64,000 nt of DNA from an uncultured Gemmatimonadales bacterium (GTDB lineage: Bacteria; Gemmatimonadota; Gemmatimonadetes; Longimicrobiales; Gaopeijiaceae). Each line of letters starts with the position of its first letter. Position 1 is the stretch's first letter. The DNA lies in contig CAWELD010000003.1 in NCBI GenBank assembly GCA_963809895.1, positions 384,001-448,000 of the forward strand. Reading direction: 5' to 3'. The notes beneath the pieces were generated by a model. The model saw only the letters and a list, made by a program, of their open reading frames with translations. It was not told the DNA's origin and searched no databases. A program made the position numbers and the translations under genes. Shown here piece by piece: positions 48,464 to 58,983 of the stretch.

Positions 48464-49909
48464 ATGACTTCCCGTAACGACTGGCAGCCCCTGCGGCTGA
48501 ACGACCCCTACCTTCCGGAGCTGCCCGAGGGCGGGCGCGCCACGGTGGCCGTGGTCGCGTTTCCCAGGGCGCGGGAGTCGGGCTGGTCGGCGCGTGCCAC
48601 CGCGGCCATGGCCCGTGGCTGGTGCCTGTCCGGCCTCCCCACCTACGCCTGCGATCTCGATCTGGAGGAGCCGGCGCTGCACACCGCCTTCGGTGTGGCC
48701 AACGGCGAGGGGATCAGCGACGTGCTCCTGTACGGGGTCTCGGCGAGGCGCGTGGCTCAGCGGGTGGAGGAAGGACTGTTCCTCGCGTCGGCGGGCACCG
48801 TGGCACCGGACCCGGGGGCGGTCAGGGCGAGCCCGCGCTGGGATGCCTTGGTCGACGGCTTCCAGGGCGCCGGGGCGTTGCTCCTCCTCTACGTCGTGGC
48901 GGGGGCGCCCGGCGCCGATGCCGTCCTGGCGCGAGCCGATGGGGTCGTCGCCCTGGCCGGTGCCGACGAGGCCATCGACCTGGGCGAGGCCGAGGAGCGG
49001 CTTCTGGCCGTGCTCGGTCCCGAGGATTCCACCCCGTCACGCGCTTCGCCGGGTGGTGCTCCCGAGCCCGCCGACGAGGAAGAGCCGGAACCGGCCGCCA
49101 GCGCGTCCGCCAGGGCGCCGACGGCCGACTCCTCGGGCCGGGGCTGTGGGCGCCTGGTCCTCATCGGAGTGCTGATCGTGGTGGTGGTCGTGGTGCTGGT
49201 TGCGGCGCTGGGATGGGTGAAGATCCCGGGCCTGAGCCTGCGAGAGGCCGATGCCACCCAGGTGGCGTCGCTCGCGACACCCTCCGCTGGGGTGATGGCG
49301 CTGGAACCGGGACCGGCGGCGACCTCCGCGGGTGTTGTGCCCGCTCCGGAGGAGCTCGAGGTCGGGACGAAGCCCGACGACCTGGCTGCGCAGGAGACCA
49401 CCGCACCCGTCACCGACCCGGTGCAGGCGTGGGCCGTGGCCCTGGAGTCGCTCAGGGCCCTGGATGTGGCGGCGGCGCGTGTCGAGCACCTGCGCTCCAG
49501 GTATCCGGGGACCGCGTTCTGGATCGCGCCGGTGCGCGTGGACGGCGTGCGCTACAACCGAGTGCTGGCCGGGCCGGCCGAGACGCCACAACGGGCCGAT
49601 GCCCTCGGCAAGCGCCTGGCCTCCGAGGCGGCCCGCGGAGGGTACCGCGTCCAGGAAGCGAGGCTCTCGTTCCTGGTGGGAGAGATGGACGGACTGGCCG
49701 CGGCCCGGGAATGGGCCACCTCGCTCGAGGACCTCGGGGTGCCCACGCACGTCCTGCGGGTCGGTCATCCCGACGGCACCACCGCCTTCCGGGTCTACAG
49801 CGGCACCTACGCGTCCGAAGCCGAGGCCGCCACCCTGCGTGAGGTCCTCGAGAGCCAGGGTCTCGGCTCCCTCCGGCTCACCGCACACCGAGGCGTCATT
49901 CCGGAATGA
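48464..49909 (+). CDS. Bitopic protein: degenerate MinD/BY-kinase-like domain, TM helix, SPOR-like C-terminal repeats
   Basis: CDLDLEEPALH..FG..N.EGISDVL; TM LVLIGVLIVVVVVVLVAALGW; YNRVLAGP and FRVYSGTYASEAEA. Confidence 0.65.
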   Translation: MTSRNDWQPLRLNDPYLPELPEGGRATVAVVAFPRARESGWSARATAAMARGWCLSGLPTYACDLDLEEPALHTAFGVANGEGISDVLLYGVSARRVAQRVEEGLFLASAGTVAPDPGAVRASPRWDALVDGFQGAGALLLLYVVAGAPGADAVLARADGVVALAGADEAIDLGEAEERLLAVLGPEDSTPSRASPGGAPEPADEEEPEPAASASARAPTADSSGRGCGRLVLIGVLIVVVVVVLVAALGWVKIPGLSLREADATQVASLATPSAGVMALEPGPAATSAGVVPAPEELEVGTKPDDLAAQETTAPVTDPVQAWAVALESLRALDVAAARVEHLRSRYPGTAFWIAPVRVDGVRYNRVLAGPAETPQRADALGKRLASEAARGGYRVQEARLSFLVGEMDGLAAAREWATSLEDLGVPTHVLRVGHPDGTTAFRVYSGTYASEAEAATLREVLESQGLGSLRLTAHRGVIPE

Positions 49910-52900
49910 AGCTGCGCTCCCTTCGCGTCCACGGCTTCAAGTCCTTCGCCGACGCCACCGAGGTCCAGTTCCACGACGGGATCACGGCCATCGTGGGCCC
50001 CAACGGCTGCGGCAAATCCAACATCAGCGACGCCATCCGCTGGGTCCTGGGCGAGCAGCGTCCCACGGCCATTCGGGGCGCCAAGATGGAAGAGGCGATC
50101 TTTCAGGGCTCGGTGAACCGGCGGCCGGTGAACCGGGGCTCGGTCACCATGACGGTGACCAATGAAGACGGTGCGCTCCCGGTCCCCTTCGAAGAGGTGG
50201 AGATCGGCCGCATCGTCTACCGTGACGGGGGCAGCGATTACACGCTCAACCGCACCAACGTCCGTCTCAAGGACGTCGTGGACCTGACCCGCGACACGGG
50301 GCTGGGCGCCAACGCCTACAACGTCATCGAGAACCGCATGATCGACGCCATCCTGTCGGATCGGGCGGACGAGCGGCGCGCGCTCTTCGAAGAGGCGGCG
50401 GGCATCGGCAAGTACAAGGACCGGCGCAAGGCGGCCCTCCGCCGTCTGGAGCGTGCGGAGATGGACCTCCAACGGTTGGAGGACGTGATCTCCGAGGTGG
50501 AGACCAAGGTCCGGTCGTTGGCGCGCCAGAAGGGCAAGGCGGAGCGGTATCTGCAGTACCGGGCCCGACGTCTCGACGTCGAGGTCGCGGTGGTGCGGCA
50601 CCAGCTCGACACCCTCACCGGCCGATTGGCCGAGGTGAACCGGCATCTCGCGGGCGACACGGTGGAGGGCGAGGGCAAGGTGGCCGAGGTGCGCGCCGCC
50701 GAGGCCGAGTACGAGTCACTCCGCATCCAGCAGGTGGAGGCCCAGAAGGCCAGGAGCGCCTCGGCGGCGCGCCTCGACGAGATCCGCTCGGAGCTGGTGC
50801 GCTGGGAGCGGGACCTGGCCGTGGCCGACGAACGCGCCACGTACGCCCGTCGGCGCCTGTCCCAGATCGAGGGCGAGCGCTCCGAGGCCCGCTCCCGGGC
50901 GGAGACGGCCGGGGCGGAATCCGAAGAGCTGGCCGAAGATCTCTCGGTGGTGGAGTCCGAGCTCGCCTCGGCCGAGGCCGAGCTGGAGGAACGGCGGTCC
51001 ACCGCGAACGAGGTGCGCGCTCGACTGCAGGAGGCTCGAGAGGCGCTGGAGTCACTGGAGAGCCGCGAACGGGAGATCGCCCGTCGCGGGGCCCAGCTGG
51101 AGGGCGACGCCGAATCGTCCGAGGCCCAGGCGGCCGAGCTGGGGCGCCGTCTCGAACGGCTTGGCCGGGAGTTGGAGGAGGCGGCGGACACGGTCTCGGA
51201 CCTGGAGTCGCAGGGGGATCTCTTCTCTGGCCGACTGGACCTGCTGAAGCGCGAGGTCGACACGGCCAGGGGCGCCGCCCGTGCCGGCGCCGCCGAGGTC
51301 GAGGCGGCCCGGGAGGCGCTGGAAGAGGCGCGCGCCGCAGAGGTGGAGATCTCGGACCGCGCGCAGGCCCTCAGGGCGCGCCGAGCAGCTCTGGAGGCGC
51401 TGGAGCGTGACCGCGAGGGGATGGAGCCCGCCGTGCAAGCGGCGCTGGACGCGGGGATCGAGGGCGTTCACGGCCCGCTGGTGGATTTCGTGCGCGCAGA
51501 CGAGGACGTGGCTCCCGCGGTGGAGGCCTTCCTGGGCCCGCTGGCCCGGGGCCTGGTGGTGGCCGACGATGCGGCCGCGGAGCGCGCCCGCCGGTGGTTC
51601 ACCGAGGACTGGGGGAAGGGCGGGGGACTCGTGTTGCTGCCCCTGGACCGTGCGCCGGGGAGCGGCCCCGCCGGGACCTTGCTCGGCGCGGTGGAGGCCA
51701 CGGGCGAGGGCGCCCCATGGGTGCGGGCGCTCCTGGCCGGCGTGGACCTGGTGGACGAGGACGGCCTCATGGGGGGCAGCGGCGGAGCCCGCGTGACCCG
51801 CAAGGGCGCGACCCGGGAGGCCTCGGGCATCGTCCGCGTGGGCAATCCCACGGGATCGGGGGGGCTCCTGGAGCGGAAAGGTGAGCTGCGCAAGCTGGTG
51901 AAGGACGCCGAGCGCGCCTCCACTGCCGCCGCCGAAGCCCGGGAGGCGAGGGAGGCCGCCAGAGAGACGCTGCGCGCGCGTGAGGAGGCCCTCGAGGTCG
52001 CGCGCCAGGCGGCCCGCGTTGCCGAAGACACGCACCGCCAGGCGGCGGCGGAGGTGGCCGAGGCCGTGGACCGCAAGGACCGGGCGGACCGGCACCGCGA
52101 CGAGCTGGCGCGGCAGGTCGAGGGCACGCGGGCGGCCCGGGCTCGCGCCCAGGAGCGCGCCCGCCAGGCCCGCGAGGATCGCCAGGGCCTCCTGGCCGAG
52201 GAAGAGGGCCTCAGGGACCGGCGCGCCGAGGCGCGCTCGGCGGTGGAGGCGGTGCAGGAAGAGTGGGAGGTCGCCCGCAGCGAGCAGGCGAGCCTGGAGG
52301 TGCAGGCCACCCGTCTCCAGGGCGAGCGGTCCCGTCTGAGCGAGCGGGCCGGGGCGGTGGACCGGGCGCGGGCGTCGGCGCTGGCCCGGACGGAGGCGCT
52401 GGACCGGGAGGAGTCCCAGCTTCGCACCGAGCTCGAGCAGGTCGCCGCGACCCAGCAAGAGGGCGCCGACGCCACCGAGGCCCTCTTCCAGCGGCGCGAG
52501 GAAGCTCAGCAGGAGCTCCGCGCCCGGGACACGGCGTTGAACGAGGTCGGCGAGGCACTGGCCGCCGCCGAACGCAAGGCCCGGCAGGCACGGCAGGCGG
52601 AGCGCGAGGCGACGGACCGACGCCATCGCCTCGAGCTGGAGCGCCAGGAGCTGGAGGGGCGCATCGGGCGCATCCAGGACCGGCTCGAGGGTGAGTGGGG
52701 ACGCCCGCTGGCCGACCTCATGGCCGAGGCGCAGCCGGTGGAGGGCGAGCAGGAGGCGCTCCAGGAGGAGCTCCGCGAGATCGTGGTGGCGCTGGAGCGC
52801 ATCGGTCCCGTGAACATGTTGGCCGTGGAGGAGCATGCCGAAGAGAGCCAGCGGCTGGAGTTCCTCAAGGAGCAGCACGCCGACCTCATCAAGGCCCGCG

Positions 52901-53424
52901 ACGACCTGCGTGCCGCCATCCGCCAGATCAACCAGACCGCCACCGAGCTCTTCTTCGGCACCTTCGAGAAGATCCGAGAGAACTTCAAGACGGTGCACCG
53001 ACGCCTGTTCGAGGGCGGTGAGGCGGACATCTGGCTCGCCGACGAGGAGGATCCCCTGGAATCGCCGGTGGAGATCCACGCCTCGCCCCGGGGCAAGAAG
53101 ACCCAGCGCATCGACCTGCTGTCGGGCGGGGAGCGGGCGCTCACGGCCCTCTCGCTCCTCTTTTCGATCTACCTGGTCAAGCCCAGCCCCTTCTGCGTGC
53201 TGGACGAGGTGGACGCGCCGCTGGACGAGAACAACATCGGCCGCTTCATCCGGCTCCTGCACGACTTCAAGGAGCAGACGCAGTTCGTGGTCATCACCCA
53301 CAACCCGCGCACCATCGAAGCGGCGGACTGGATCTACGGCGTGACCATGGAAGAGCCCGGCGTGAGCACCATCGTGGGCGTGCGCCTGGAAGATGCTCTC
53401 GAACAGGCGCGAGGCGCCGCGTAG
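49906..53424 (+). CDS. smc: Chromosome segregation protein SMC
   Basis: GFKSF, GPNGCGKSNI, coiled coils with hinge, LSGGE, LDEVDAPLD, VITH. Confidence 0.97.
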   Translation: MKLRSLRVHGFKSFADATEVQFHDGITAIVGPNGCGKSNISDAIRWVLGEQRPTAIRGAKMEEAIFQGSVNRRPVNRGSVTMTVTNEDGALPVPFEEVEIGRIVYRDGGSDYTLNRTNVRLKDVVDLTRDTGLGANAYNVIENRMIDAILSDRADERRALFEEAAGIGKYKDRRKAALRRLERAEMDLQRLEDVISEVETKVRSLARQKGKAERYLQYRARRLDVEVAVVRHQLDTLTGRLAEVNRHLAGDTVEGEGKVAEVRAAEAEYESLRIQQVEAQKARSASAARLDEIRSELVRWERDLAVADERATYARRRLSQIEGERSEARSRAETAGAESEELAEDLSVVESELASAEAELEERRSTANEVRARLQEAREALESLESREREIARRGAQLEGDAESSEAQAAELGRRLERLGRELEEAADTVSDLESQGDLFSGRLDLLKREVDTARGAARAGAAEVEAAREALEEARAAEVEISDRAQALRARRAALEALERDREGMEPAVQAALDAGIEGVHGPLVDFVRADEDVAPAVEAFLGPLARGLVVADDAAAERARRWFTEDWGKGGGLVLLPLDRAPGSGPAGTLLGAVEATGEGAPWVRALLAGVDLVDEDGLMGGSGGARVTRKGATREASGIVRVGNPTGSGGLLERKGELRKLVKDAERASTAAAEAREAREAARETLRAREEALEVARQAARVAEDTHRQAAAEVAEAVDRKDRADRHRDELARQVEGTRAARARAQERARQAREDRQGLLAEEEGLRDRRAEARSAVEAVQEEWEVARSEQASLEVQATRLQGERSRLSERAGAVDRARASALARTEALDREESQLRTELEQVAATQQEGADATEALFQRREEAQQELRARDTALNEVGEALAAAERKARQARQAEREATDRRHRLELERQELEGRIGRIQDRLEGEWGRPLADLMAEAQPVEGEQEALQEELREIVVALERIGPVNMLAVEEHAEESQRLEFLKEQHADLIKARDDLRAAIRQINQTATELFFGTFEKIRENFKTVHRRLFEGGEADIWLADEEDPLESPVEIHASPRGKKTQRIDLLSGGERALTALSLLFSIYLVKPSPFCVLDEVDAPLDENNIGRFIRLLHDFKEQTQFVVITHNPRTIEAADWIYGVTMEEPGVSTIVGVRLEDALEQARGAA

Positions 53425-53433
53425 GAGGGTGCC

Positions 53434-54258
53434 ATGAGCGCCGCCGATGCGACTGGAATGGAATGCCGGGTCCTGGGCTCGGGCACGCTCATCCCGTCCG
53501 ACGAGCGGCGGTCCGCCTCGCACATGGCGGTCTTCGGCGATGTGCACATGCTCCTGGACGTCGGATTCGGAACGGTGCATGGATTTGCGCGCCATGGAGT
53601 TGCGTGGCATGACTTCACCCATGTCGTGATCTCGCATTTCCACACCGACCACATCGGCGACCTGGCGCCCTACCTCTTCCTGCTCACCTACGGTCCCGAG
53701 CCCCGGAAGGCGCCCCTGACCATCGTGGGACCGCCCGGGATCGGCAGGGTGCTGGACGGGCTCGCCGAGGCGCACGGAGCGTGGGTCCGGGAGCCGCCGT
53801 TCCCGCTGAACGTGGTGGAGTTGGCGCGAAACGACCGCTGGAGTGATCCGGAGGGCCGTTTCACCCTGGTGTGCCATCCCACCCCCCACACCGACGAATC
53901 GGTGGCCTGGCGCGTGGAGACGAGCCACGGCGTCCTGGGCTACACGGGTGACACCGGACCCGATGCAGAGGTGGGCCGCTTCCTGGCCGGCGCGACGCTC
54001 CTCATCTCCGAGTGCGCCGTGCCCGACGGCAGCGACGTGCCCATCCATCTGACGCCGGGGCAGGTGGCCGAGCTGGCGGGTCTGGCGCGGCCGGAGCTCC
54101 TGGTGCTCACCCACGCGTACCCGCCTCTGGATCCCGCCGAGGTTCCGGACCTGGTGCGCCGCGGGGGGTACGACGGCCCGGTGATCGCCGCTCGCGACGG
54201 CGACACCTTCCGCATCGGAGACGGGCGGGCGGTTCCCGCCGATGGCCCGCCGCGGTAG
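53434..54258 (+). CDS. MBL-fold metallo-hydrolase (RNase Z-like)
   Basis: VLGSG, LLDVG, SHFHTDHIGD, YTGDTG, HLTP, LTH. Confidence 0.85.
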   Translation: MSAADATGMECRVLGSGTLIPSDERRSASHMAVFGDVHMLLDVGFGTVHGFARHGVAWHDFTHVVISHFHTDHIGDLAPYLFLLTYGPEPRKAPLTIVGPPGIGRVLDGLAEAHGAWVREPPFPLNVVELARNDRWSDPEGRFTLVCHPTPHTDESVAWRVETSHGVLGYTGDTGPDAEVGRFLAGATLLISECAVPDGSDVPIHLTPGQVAELAGLARPELLVLTHAYPPLDPAEVPDLVRRGGYDGPVIAARDGDTFRIGDGRAVPADGPPR

Positions 54259-54300
54259 ACTTTTCCGGAGAGATCCTCCCACTCCGCAGGACATACGACG

Positions 54301-55353
54301 ATGCTGGTGGTCATGAAGCACAACGCCTCGGACGACGACATCGACGCCGTCGTCGAGGCGATCAAGGACATGGGATACGATGCCCGCCCCATTCCCGGGG
54401 GCCAACGGACCGCCGTGGGTCTGATCGGCAACGACGGGCGCGTGGACACGGCCAGCCTGGAGGGCATGGCCGGGGTGCTGGAGTGCATCCCCGTCACCCA
54501 GCCCTACAAGCAGGTATCGCGGGAGTGGAAGGAGGAGGACACGGTGATCCGGCTGGACAACGGCACCGTGATCGGGGGGAACGAGATCGTGGTGATGGCG
54601 GGCCCCTGCGCCGTGGAGAGCGAGGATCAGATCCTGACCGCGGCCCGGCAGCTCCGCGAGTTGGGTGCCACCGTGCTCCGGGGCGGCGCCTTCAAGCCCC
54701 GCACCTCGCCCTACTCCTTCCAGGGGCTCGGTGAGGCCGGACTCCGGCTCCTGGCCCGTGCCCGTGAGGCCACGGGCATGGCGGTGGTCACGGAGGCGCT
54801 GGACCCCGAGGGGGTGGAGCTGGTGGCCGAGTACGCCGACATCGTCCAGATCGGCGCCCGCAACATGCAGAACTACCCCTTGCTGCGCAGGGCGGGGAAG
54901 GTGGGCAAACCCGTGCTCCTGAAGCGGGGCATGAGCGCCACCATCGACGAGTTCCTCCTGGCCGCCGAGTACATCCTGGCCGAGGGCAACGAGCAGGTCA
55001 TTCTGTGCGAGCGCGGCGTGCGCAGCTTCGACAACCACACCCGCAACCTCCTGGACCTCACGGCCATCCCGGTGGTGCAGGCCCTGTCGCACCTGCCCAT
55101 CATCGCCGATCCCAGCCACGGAACCGGCATTCGCTCCAAGGTGGTGCCCATGGCCCGGGCGGCGGTGGCCGCCGGCGCCGACGGCCTCATCGTCGAGGTC
55201 CATCCCGATCCGCCCAAGGCCCTCTCCGACGGGGCGCAGTCGCTCTACCCGGAGCAGTTCGGCGAGCTCATGGGCCAGATCCACACCATCGCTCGGGCCA
55301 TCGGCCGGGAGCTGGTGGCGACCCTTCCCGAGCCCGCCGCCAGCCCGGGCTGA
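54301..55353 (+). CDS. aroF: DAHP synthase, type I-beta with N-terminal regulatory domain
   Basis: [47 protein letters not shown]...SDG. Confidence 0.96.
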   Translation: MLVVMKHNASDDDIDAVVEAIKDMGYDARPIPGGQRTAVGLIGNDGRVDTASLEGMAGVLECIPVTQPYKQVSREWKEEDTVIRLDNGTVIGGNEIVVMAGPCAVESEDQILTAARQLRELGATVLRGGAFKPRTSPYSFQGLGEAGLRLLARAREATGMAVVTEALDPEGVELVAEYADIVQIGARNMQNYPLLRRAGKVGKPVLLKRGMSATIDEFLLAAEYILAEGNEQVILCERGVRSFDNHTRNLLDLTAIPVVQALSHLPIIADPSHGTGIRSKVVPMARAAVAAGADGLIVEVHPDPPKALSDGAQSLYPEQFGELMGQIHTIARAIGRELVATLPEPAASPG

Positions 55354-55405
55354 GAGAGCCCCGGCGGCACATCCTCCGAAACCCGCATCCCCCGATTTCC
55401 GTATT

Positions 55406-55439
55406 GCGGTATAACGTGACGCGGTATATCGTCACGCGG
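55406..55439. promoter_or_regulatory. Tandem/palindromic operator upstream of the second padR
   Basis: 15-bp period GCGGTATAACGTGAC-GCGGTATATCGTCAC-GCGG; inverted repeat CGTGACG-N8-CGTCACG. Confidence 0.6.
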
Positions 55440-55529
55440 AAGAGGTGACGAGGTCCGCCTCGGGGCACCCCCGAGGGGATCCACCGCTCACGCAGGCCAT
55501 TCTTCGGACGCCACGCGGGGAAGACCACG

Positions 55530-55901
55530 ATGCCATCCGACGCCGAGGCCCGGCACCTGCCGCTGTCGGTGCCCGTATACCAGATCCTCCTGTCGCTCAG
55601 CGACCGGATCCTGCACGGCTACGCGATCATCCAGGACATCCAGGAGCGAACCGAGGGTGTCGTGGACCTGACGGCCAGCACTCTCTACGGAGCCGTGAAG
55701 CGGCTTCTCGGTGACGACCTGCTCGAGGAAACCGAGGCGCCGGAGGGTGTGGAGATCGACGATCCGCGGCGTCGCTACTACCGCATCACGCCGGCGGGGC
55801 TCGCCGTGCTGCGGGCCGAGACCCGCCGACTTCGTCGAGCGTTGGAGGATGCCGCGGCCAAGGGGTTCACCGCCGAGAGCTCCGAGCGGGCGGTGCCGTG
55901 A
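55530..55901 (+). CDS. PadR-family transcriptional regulator
   Basis: ILLSL...LHGYAIIQDI, STLYGAVKRL, RRRYYRITPAG. Confidence 0.92.
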   Translation: MPSDAEARHLPLSVPVYQILLSLSDRILHGYAIIQDIQERTEGVVDLTASTLYGAVKRLLGDDLLEETEAPEGVEIDDPRRRYYRITPAGLAVLRAETRRLRRALEDAAAKGFTAESSERAVP

Positions 55902-58528
55902 GCTCCGGTGTGCCGTGGGTGGTGCGCTGGCTGGTCGGGCGTCTGCCGTCCGGCACCCGCCGGGTGGTCGGCGCCCCGCTGGAGAGGACCGTGGCCGACG
56001 CGCTGGCCCATGCTCGCTGCCGGGGTCGAATGGCCTGGGCCTGGGCCTTCGTCCGCGAGGTGACCTCGCTGGCCCGACTGGTGACTCGTGAACGTTTTGG
56101 CGCCGGGGCCCAGGGGGCCCGGGGGCCGGGGGAGTGGATGACGATGGGAATGCAGGAGATCCGATACGCGATCCGCACACTGAGGCGGAGCCCGGGCGTC
56201 ACGGTGGTGTGCATCCTCACGCTGGCGCTGGGGATCGGCGCGAATACCGCCATCTTCAGCGTCGTCGACGGCGTGCTCCTGCACAACCTGTCGTACGCCG
56301 AGCCCGATCAGGTCGTCTACATGGGCGAGCTCACGCCCCAGGGAGGCTACACCAGCACCTCGTACGAGAACTTCAGGGACTGGCAGGCGGCCGGGGTGAT
56401 GTCTTCGGTGGCCGCCCTGCTGGGCAACAGTGTGAACGTCACGGGGGAGGGCACCCCGGAGCGCATCCGTGGGCTGTTCGTGACGGCCTCGTACTTCGAC
56501 GTGGTGGGCGTGCGCCCGGTGTTGGGGCGGGCCATTCAACCCGGCGAAGACGTGCCCGGCGGGCCACGGGTCGCGGTGCTCAGCTGGGGCTACTGGCAGC
56601 AGCGTTTCGGCGGCTCGCCGGACATTCTCGGACGGACCCTGCTGCTGAACAACGAGCCGCACACCATCGTCGGCGTCATGCCCCAGGGATTTCGCTCCCC
56701 GTGGGACACGCCCGCGGCCTGGATCTCCCTCCAGACGGCGCCCCGGACCTTCAACCGCGGAGACCGCGGCTTCCAGGCCGTGCTGGGACGCCGGGCTCCG
56801 GGACAGTCCCTGGACGAGGCCCGCGACGCCATGCAGGGTGTCATGGCCGGCCTCGCCGAGCGCTATCCCGAGGTGAACGCCGGCCGCGGGATCTGGATGG
56901 AGCCGCTGGGGCCCTTCCTGGCCGCTCGCAACCGACCCGTCCTTCTGGGTCTCATGGGGGCCGTGGCCCTCCTGCTGCTCATCGCCGCCGCCAATGTCGC
57001 CAACCTGCAGCTGGCGCGAACCTCGTCCCGGCGTCAGGAGCTGGCCGTGCGCGCGGCACTGGGAGGTGGGCGTCGGCGTTTGCTGCGGCAGGTCCTCACC
57101 GAGAACGGCATTCTCTTCGGCGCAGGCGGTGCCGTGGGGCTGGCGGTGGCGGTCGTGGGAGTCAGGGGCTTGCTGGCCCTGGAGCCGTCCTTCGATCGCT
57201 ATTACCACGTGGCGCTGAACCTTCCGGTAGCGCTGGCGAGCCTGACCGTGGCCGTGGGGGCCGGCATCGTCTTCGGGCTGATTCCGGCCCTGGAGGCGCT
57301 TCACACCCAGCCGGCCGGAGCGCTCCGCGAGGGCGGCCGGAGCGGAGGTGGACGAACCGTGCGCCGCTTCCGGTCGGGCTTGGTCGTGGTACAGGTGGCG
57401 CTGTCCGTGAGCCTACTGGTGGGCGCGGGTCTTCTGACCCGGAGCCTGGGCAACCTGCTCGGGGTCGATCCGGGCTTCGATACGCGGCGGCTCCTCACGC
57501 TGGAGTTCCGCCTGCCGCAGAACTCGTACGCGGACGACGAAGCCACGGTGGTCTTTTTCGATCGCATGCTGGACGAGGTGCGGGCGGTGCCCGGGGTGGA
57601 GGCCGCCTCCGTGGCCCAGGATCTGCCGTTCTCCGGAAACGGCGGCACGCAGCCCTTCATCCGGGAAGGCGAGCCCCTGAATCTGGAGCAGGCTCCGGTG
57701 GTGCGCCGGAACGTGGTGAGTCCCGACTACTTCGAGACCATGGGGATCCCCCTGCTGCAGGGGCGCGGGCTTCAGGGCTCCGACCGCGCCGAGACCCCGA
57801 CGGTGGCCGTGGTCAGTCGCGCGGCGGCGGACCGGCTCTTCGATGGAGACGATCCCCTGGGCGCGCGCTTCTACTACACGGAGCAGCTCGACGTCGCCAC
57901 CGTGGTGGGCGTGGTGGGTGACGTGGCGACGTCGCTCACGGACGCGCCGGATCCCTACGTGTACTTCTCGTATGCCCAGAGCCCGTCACACTTCTCCAGT
58001 CTGGCGGTGCGCACGCGCGGCGAGCCCATGGCGCTGGCCGACGCGGTGCGCGAGGCGGTGTGGCGGGTGGATCCGCAGCAGCCGGTCTGGGAGATCATGC
58101 CCATCACCGAGCGCATGGCCGGCGACGCCAGGAGCCAACGCTTCGCCATGGTGCTCCTGGTCGCGTTCGGCGTCACGGCGCTGCTCCTGGCCAGCCTGGG
58201 CCTCTACGGCGTCATGAGCTACTCCGTGCGCCGCCGGGAGCGCGAGATCGGGGTGCGGGCCGCCCTCGGTGCCGCGCCGGTACGGCTCCTGGGCATGGTC
58301 CTCCGCGAAGGGCTCGCCCTGGCCCTGACGGGGCTGGCGATCGGGGTGCTGCTGGCGTGGTGGCTGTCCAGCCTCCTGCAGTCGCTCCTCTTCGGTGTGA
58401 GCGCCCGGGATCCGGTGTCCTTCGGGCTCGCCGTGGTGATCCTGGCCGGTGTGGCGGCGTTGGCGGCCTACCTGCCGGCGCGGCAGGCCGTGCGCGTGGA
58501 CCCGGCGGAGAGCCTGCAGGAGAGCTGA
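55898..58528 (+). CDS. ADOP-family duplicated MacB/FtsX permease
   Basis: LTLALGIGANTAIFSVV, ANVANL, VDPGFD, GLYGVMSYSV..R.REIGVRAALGA; GTGA overlap with PadR. Confidence 0.93.
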   Translation: MSSGVPWVVRWLVGRLPSGTRRVVGAPLERTVADALAHARCRGRMAWAWAFVREVTSLARLVTRERFGAGAQGARGPGEWMTMGMQEIRYAIRTLRRSPGVTVVCILTLALGIGANTAIFSVVDGVLLHNLSYAEPDQVVYMGELTPQGGYTSTSYENFRDWQAAGVMSSVAALLGNSVNVTGEGTPERIRGLFVTASYFDVVGVRPVLGRAIQPGEDVPGGPRVAVLSWGYWQQRFGGSPDILGRTLLLNNEPHTIVGVMPQGFRSPWDTPAAWISLQTAPRTFNRGDRGFQAVLGRRAPGQSLDEARDAMQGVMAGLAERYPEVNAGRGIWMEPLGPFLAARNRPVLLGLMGAVALLLLIAAANVANLQLARTSSRRQELAVRAALGGGRRRLLRQVLTENGILFGAGGAVGLAVAVVGVRGLLALEPSFDRYYHVALNLPVALASLTVAVGAGIVFGLIPALEALHTQPAGALREGGRSGGGRTVRRFRSGLVVVQVALSVSLLVGAGLLTRSLGNLLGVDPGFDTRRLLTLEFRLPQNSYADDEATVVFFDRMLDEVRAVPGVEAASVAQDLPFSGNGGTQPFIREGEPLNLEQAPVVRRNVVSPDYFETMGIPLLQGRGLQGSDRAETPTVAVVSRAAADRLFDGDDPLGARFYYTEQLDVATVVGVVGDVATSLTDAPDPYVYFSYAQSPSHFSSLAVRTRGEPMALADAVREAVWRVDPQQPVWEIMPITERMAGDARSQRFAMVLLVAFGVTALLLASLGLYGVMSYSVRRREREIGVRAALGAAPVRLLGMVLREGLALALTGLAIGVLLAWWLSSLLQSLLFGVSARDPVSFGLAVVILAGVAALAAYLPARQAVRVDPAESLQES

Positions 58529-58584
58529 CGCGAGACGTCCCGTCAAACCCTGTAGTCGCCCCGTATCGGGCGCCATCGTCCGTC

Positions 58585-58953
58585 ATGGACACGCACAGAG
58601 TGGGACAGGCCTTCGAAGCCATGGCCGAGGCCATGCTGGTGGACGGCGGCTGGCACGTTCTCGAGCGCAACCTGCGCTTCGGCCGCAAGGAGATCGATCT
58701 CGTGGTGCGGCGTGGGGCGGTGGTGGCCTTCGTGGAGGTGAAGGGGAGGCGCGGCTCGGGATTCGGGCATCCCCTGGAGGCGATCACCGCGCTGAAGCGC
58801 CGCGAGATCGAGGCCGTGGCGCGCTGGTGGCTGGCGCGATTCCGTGAGCCCGGCGTCCGGTACCGGTTCGACGCCGTGGCGGTGGTGGCGGAGCGTGGCG
58901 CGCCCATCCGGATCACCCACGTGGAGGACGCCTGGCGGCCAGGTTGGCGTTGA
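58585..58953 (+). CDS. yraN: YraN family putative endonuclease
   Basis: LERNLR, EIDLV, FVEVKGR, RFDAVAV. Confidence 0.9.
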   Translation: MDTHRVGQAFEAMAEAMLVDGGWHVLERNLRFGRKEIDLVVRRGAVVAFVEVKGRRGSGFGHPLEAITALKRREIEAVARWWLARFREPGVRYRFDAVAVVAERGAPIRITHVEDAWRPGWR

Positions 58954-58978
58954 CCTCCTCGGGGGGTCCGGGTAGCTT
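58950..58978 (+). promoter_or_regulatory. sigma70-type promoter of ffs
   Basis: TTGACC-N17-TAGCTT ending 5 nt before the RNA. Confidence 0.7.
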
Positions 58979-58983
58979 CAGAC

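Noticed and set aside
53434..54258. SMC next to an MBL nuclease-like gene as a possible Wadjet/Lamassu-type defence system
   Set aside because: The SMC is a canonical full-length condensin in housekeeping context, with no jet/lmu partner genes; the MBL protein looks RNase Z-like.
51052..55284. 1410-aa minus-strand ORF, and similar long antisense ORFs at 16037-19630, 13674-16172 and 4391-6766
   Set aside because: Shadow frames opposite clear genes (smc/aroF, surface protein, hppA, susC) in high-GC DNA; no recognisable motifs.
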